In this document: piece after piece, positions 51,987 through 55,873 of the stretch
Numbering within the stretch: position 1 is the stretch's first letter
Layout of the letters: each line of letters opens with the position of its first letter
Program-made: the position numbers and the translations under genes
Origin: an archaeon
Lineage (GTDB): Archaea > AGJL01 > Methanococci > Methanococcales > Methanocaldococcaceae
Assembly (NCBI GenBank): GCA_024278985.1
Contig: JAJRSC010000017.1
Span: 1 to 55,873, forward strand
Direction: 5' to 3'
Length of the DNA stretch: 55,873 nt
The notes under the pieces: model-generated
What the model was told of the DNA's origin: nothing
Seen by the model: only the letters and a program-made list of their open reading frames with translations
Database searches by the model: none

Positions 51987-53228
51987 ATGAAAGCAGATGC
52001 TATAAAAATCGCAGATAGAGTATATTGGGTTGGAGTCTTAGATTGGGACATAAGAATGTACCATGGATACACCTTAAAAGGAACTACATACAATGCTTAT
52101 TTAGTTTTCGGTGATGACAAAGTTGCTATCATAGATAACACATACCCAGGAACATCTGCACAAATGTGGGGAAGAATTAAAGATGCATTTGAAAAAGAAG
52201 GAAGAGACCTTAAAATTGATGTAATTGTCCAAAACCACGTTGAAAAAGACCACTCTGGAGCTTTACCAGAATTACATAAAAAATTCCCAGATGCACCAAT
52301 TTACTGTACAGAGGTAGCAGTTGAAGGTCTTAAAAAGCACTACCCTTCATTAAAAAATGCACCATTTAAAGTTGTTAAAAGCTTAGATAGTATTGATTTA
52401 GGAGGAGCTACATTAACATTCTTAGAAGCTCCATTATTACACTGGCCAGATTCAATGTTTACCTTCTATGCTGAAGAAGGTATATTATTCTCAAATGATG
52501 CGTTTGGACAACATTTATGTTTCCCAGCACATAAAAGATTTGATAAAGATATTCCAGAATATGTATTAATGGATGCTAATCAAAAGTTCTATGCAAATCT
52601 AATAACTCCATTATCTAAATTAGTATTAAAGAAATTTAAAGAAGTTATTGACTTAGGATTATTAGAAAAAATAAAAATGATTGCTCCATCACATGGACAA
52701 ATATGGACTGACCCTATGAAAGTTATTCAAGCATATCAAGACTTTGCTACTGGAAAAGCAGCTAAAGATAAAGCAGTTATAATATATGACACAATGCACT
52801 ACTCAACTCAAAAAATGGCACATGCATATGCTGAAGGTTTAATGAGTGAAGGTATTGATGTAGTAATGTATTTCTTACATGAAGATGAGAGAAGTGAAAT
52901 TGTTAAGGATATATTAGATGCTAAAGCAGTTCTCTTTGGAGCTCCAACAATCTATGATGAGCCATACCCATCATTAGGAGATATCATTTACTACCTAAGA
53001 GGATTAAAATTCAATAGAACAGGATTCAAAAGATTAGCTTTAATATTTGGTTCAATGGGAGGAAATGGTGGAGGAGTTGACATATTAGCAGAAGAAGTAG
53101 CAAAATGTGGATTTGAAGTTGTTGATAAAAATGAACTTTACTATGTCCCAACTGAAGATGAATTAACAAACTGCTACAACCAAGGTAAAGAGTTAGCTAA
53201 AAAAATTAAAGAGTTAAAGATTGAATAA
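51987..53228 (+). CDS. fprA: F420H2 oxidase (flavodiiron protein)
   Basis: [34 protein letters not shown], flavodoxin YDTMHYST; start set at ATG 51987 behind AGGTGG. Confidence 0.93.
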   Translation: MKADAIKIADRVYWVGVLDWDIRMYHGYTLKGTTYNAYLVFGDDKVAIIDNTYPGTSAQMWGRIKDAFEKEGRDLKIDVIVQNHVEKDHSGALPELHKKFPDAPIYCTEVAVEGLKKHYPSLKNAPFKVVKSLDSIDLGGATLTFLEAPLLHWPDSMFTFYAEEGILFSNDAFGQHLCFPAHKRFDKDIPEYVLMDANQKFYANLITPLSKLVLKKFKEVIDLGLLEKIKMIAPSHGQIWTDPMKVIQAYQDFATGKAAKDKAVIIYDTMHYSTQKMAHAYAEGLMSEGIDVVMYFLHEDERSEIVKDILDAKAVLFGAPTIYDEPYPSLGDIIYYLRGLKFNRTGFKRLALIFGSMGGNGGGVDILAEEVAKCGFEVVDKNELYYVPTEDELTNCYNQGKELAKKIKELKIE

Positions 53229-54899
53229 ACTATCTTTTAACTTTTTATAAAAGTTTTTTCCTTTTATAAAATAGCTATATTCATCAGATTTTTTTAAAAT
53301 AACATTATCCTTTTTTGTTATTTCTTTTTCTATATTTCCATCAATAGCTATTAATGCTGATTTATTACTTTTTAACTTTATTCTTATTTTATTTTCAGAA
53401 GATATAACTAATGGTCTTGAACTTAACTTAAATGGACATATTGGAGAGATAATAAAACATTTTATACATGGCTCAACTATAGGGCCTCCAGCACTTAATG
53501 AGTATGCTGTTGAGCCGGTAGGTGTTGAAACAATTATTCCATCTGCCCTAACTTCCTCTACAAGGACATCATTTATATAAATCTCAAAATGTAATATTTT
53601 AGCAGGATTTTTAGTTATTATTACAACATCATTTAATGCTGAAGGGAGTTTCTTATTATTTACAATACATGATAATTTTAATCTTTTTTCAATTTCATAC
53701 TCTCCTTTAATAACTTTATCTAAAATTTCCTTTGCTTCTTCTTTTTCAAATTCTGCCAAAAATCCAATTTTTCCCATATTTATTGGAACTATTGGGATGG
53801 CATTGCCATTTGCCAATCTTGCAGCTCTTAAAATAGTTCCATCCCCTCCAATAGCTACAAGATGAGAAACTTTTTCTATATCTATAACTTCTCCACTTAT
53901 ATAATTTAATAAATGCTCTTCAATATAATAAGGAATATTCTTACTTTTTAGAAAGTTTATAAGTTCCATAGCTAACTTTATTGCTTCATAATTATCTTCT
54001 CTAACAACAAAACCAAAAGATAATGGCTTTATGCTCCATTTGTTACCAAATATTGGAACTAATTTTTTATGTAGTTCTTCATTTGCTAAAATTAAAGATG
54101 TTTTGGATGAAATAGATATTGGTAAAGATATCTCTCTCCCATTTTTATTTGTTATCTTTGCTCCAGCCTCTTTGCATATTATATAACTTCCAGCTATATC
54201 AAATAATCTGGCTGATTCATTTAGGTTTATGTATGCATCTAATGCTTTACTTGCTACAAAACACATTTCTAAAGAGATTGAACCAAATAACCTTATTCTT
54301 CTAACCATCTTTTCTTTTAAAAATTCCAATAAGTCATTTGAGAGTCCATAAACAAATAAACCAATTGAAGCATTTTTTAAATTTTTGATATCACTAACCT
54401 TAAGATTAATATCTTCATCATCATTTTTTAAAAAAGCACCTTTATTTTTTACAGCATAATAAACTTTTCCTGTGGCAAGATTCTTAACTACACCAATATA
54501 AATATCATTTATTGTATAATTCTTTTCAATATATTTATTAATAAATCTTTCATCACTATTTTTTAAAATTTTTTTATCTTTCTCTTTAACCTTAATAATT
54601 CCAACAGATGTTGAATATATAGGAATCTGTTTTAATGCATTGTATGTTCCATCTATTGGGTCTAAAATATATATATACTCAGGTTCTCCTAAAACTTTTA
54701 TTCCTATTTCTTCACTAAGTAAAATTCCCCCATATTTCTCCAAAATATTAATGGCTATATTCTCAGCAATTAAATCAATCATTTTAGTAGGAGTCCCATC
54801 AGCTCCAATTTTTACAGTTTTATCTGCTTTTTCCCAGCCAATAATTGGTTTAATTTTTTTATCAATTTCATCAACTAACTTAAACGCTATTTCTAACAT
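53214..54899 (-). CDS. bifunctional NADP phosphatase / NAD kinase
   Basis: N-terminal IMPase/FBPase fold (GADGTPT..ID, SEE, DPIDGT); C-terminal NADK ([27 protein letters not shown]). Confidence 0.92.
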   Translation of the reverse strand: MLEIAFKLVDEIDKKIKPIIGWEKADKTVKIGADGTPTKMIDLIAENIAINILEKYGGILLSEEIGIKVLGEPEYIYILDPIDGTYNALKQIPIYSTSVGIIKVKEKDKKILKNSDERFINKYIEKNYTINDIYIGVVKNLATGKVYYAVKNKGAFLKNDDEDINLKVSDIKNLKNASIGLFVYGLSNDLLEFLKEKMVRRIRLFGSISLEMCFVASKALDAYINLNESARLFDIAGSYIICKEAGAKITNKNGREISLPISISSKTSLILANEELHKKLVPIFGNKWSIKPLSFGFVVREDNYEAIKLAMELINFLKSKNIPYYIEEHLLNYISGEVIDIEKVSHLVAIGGDGTILRAARLANGNAIPIVPINMGKIGFLAEFEKEEAKEILDKVIKGEYEIEKRLKLSCIVNNKKLPSALNDVVIITKNPAKILHFEIYINDVLVEEVRADGIIVSTPTGSTAYSLSAGGPIVEPCIKCFIISPICPFKLSSRPLVISSENKIRIKLKSNKSALIAIDGNIEKEITKKDNVILKKSDEYSYFIKGKNFYKKLKDSLFNL

Positions 54900-54913
54900 T
54901 ATTCAACCCTTTT

Positions 54914-55459
54914 TTATAGAATCTTATAAACACCATTAATTTCAAAAATTTCTCCCATTTCTTCAAGTTCTTTAATATATTTCTCAATCTCATCCTCTGG
55001 TAGTTTTAAAATTTCACATAATTCTGAAAATGAAATTCCTCCAAAATCTTCAATAATTTTTAAAATCTTCTCTTTTATTTCTACTGGTTCCAAGATTATA
55101 ATGTCATTATCTTCTGCATATTCATCTTTTTCTAAAATATATTTTCTTGTGATTTTTATCTCTATATCTCTTAATTCTTTCCATTTTTCATTTCTTTCTT
55201 TTAATATTTCCACTAATAGATATTTATTATTTTCTTCAATTCTTGGTTTTCCTATAATATCATATATTCCTTCTTTTTTTATCTTTATACCACTTAATTC
55301 TACTCCCTCTAAAAGTATCTTATTATTTTCTAACTTTACATTTCCCAATAATCTAACTCTTCTCAACTTCTTACCTTCTAAAATTAAAGCATTATCAATA
55401 ACAGGATTTTCTAAAAATTCATTTGGATATATTTTATATGCTGGTTCTCTTCTTTTCAT
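54914..55459 (-). CDS. OB-fold plus winged-helix protein, RPA32-like
   Basis: RREPAYKI N-terminus, RRVRLLG.V, DIIGKPR, C-terminal wHTH ending IKELEEMGEIFE. Confidence 0.5.
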   Translation of the reverse strand: MKRREPAYKIYPNEFLENPVIDNALILEGKKLRRVRLLGNVKLENNKILLEGVELSGIKIKKEGIYDIIGKPRIEENNKYLLVEILKERNEKWKELRDIEIKITRKYILEKDEYAEDNDIIILEPVEIKEKILKIIEDFGGISFSELCEILKLPEDEIEKYIKELEEMGEIFEINGVYKIL

Positions 55460-55873
55460 TTAAATCTCCTCAACATTAACAAATAAGCATTTTAAATATT
55501 CTGTACCTTTTGAAGTTATAGGGTGGTCTGGAGCTTGTGTTCCTATTTTAACAATTCTTGGGTATTTTTTAGCTTTTAAAGAGGCATCTATAACCAAGGC
55601 CTTAAAATCCTCCATACTAACTGGTTGAGAGCAGGAACATGTAACCAATACCCTATTTGTAATCTTAGCTCCTAACCTATTTAAATAATGATATCCTTTA
55701 ATAGCATTTTTTAAAACTTTCTTTGATTGAGCAAATGCTGGAGGGTCAAGGATAGAGATATCAAAGGATGTATTTTTATTTAAAAACTCTTCTAAGACAG
55801 AGAAGGCATTACCCTCTATAAATTCATATCTATCTTTAGGGATATTATTAAGTTCCATATTTTCCTCTGCCAA
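55460..55873 (-). CDS. RlmI-like SAM-dependent m5C rRNA methyltransferase, C-terminal part (runs off window end)
   Basis: FDISILDPPAF, VTCSCS, APDHP, EYLK. Confidence 0.85.
   Translation of the reverse strand: MAEENMELNNIPKDRYEFIEGNAFSVLEEFLNKNTSFDISILDPPAFAQSKKVLKNAIKGYHYLNRLGAKITNRVLVTCSCSQPVSMEDFKALVIDASLKAKKYPRIVKIGTQAPDHPITSKGTEYLKCLFVNVEEI

Noticed and set aside
930-55463. About 35 short antisense or alternate-frame ORFs in the track (e.g. 930-1184, 6848-7318, 12831-13238, 28109-28402, 45796-46197, 55101-55463)
   Set aside because: They overlap well-supported genes, have the F/I/S/L-rich composition of shadow frames, and show no recognisable motifs.
1-55873. CRISPR array, IS/transposase, integrase, provirus or intein
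   Set aside because: I saw no regularly spaced repeats, transposase or integrase motifs, or intein insertions. Intergenic gaps are too short, the largest being about 200 nt.

Overview
AT-rich chromosomal window from a hyperthermophilic methanogen of the Methanococcales, most like Methanocaldococcus. The assignment rests on Hmd, a methanogenesis-marker protein, CfbA, F420-type FprA/TrxR, connectase, split rpoB''/B'/A', an rpl1-rpl10-rpl12 operon without rpl11, GGTGA/GAGG ribosome-binding sites and GATC avoidance. It is densely packed with about 55 mostly housekeeping genes and one intron-containing tRNA-Met. I found no CRISPR array, IS element, provirus, intein or recognisable defence island. 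The most notable items are: (1) a single in-frame stop in the essential rpoB'' gene and another in a MacB-type permease, most likely sequence errors or damage; (2) an RNA polymerase operon that ends after rpoA', with no rpoA''; (3) a TyrA whose C-terminal extension looks like an Sm/SH3-like barrel plus a PheRS-type anticodon-binding (FDX-ACB) fold, overlapping an orphan nucleotidyltransferase gene; (4) a likely internal ribosome-binding site giving a free RCK domain from the K+ channel gene; (5) the L1 autoregulatory RNA element inside rpl1; (6) palindromic candidate operators at oxygen-defence genes; (7) two small ORFs missed by the ORF track. All family calls come from motif recognition by eye; no searches were run.
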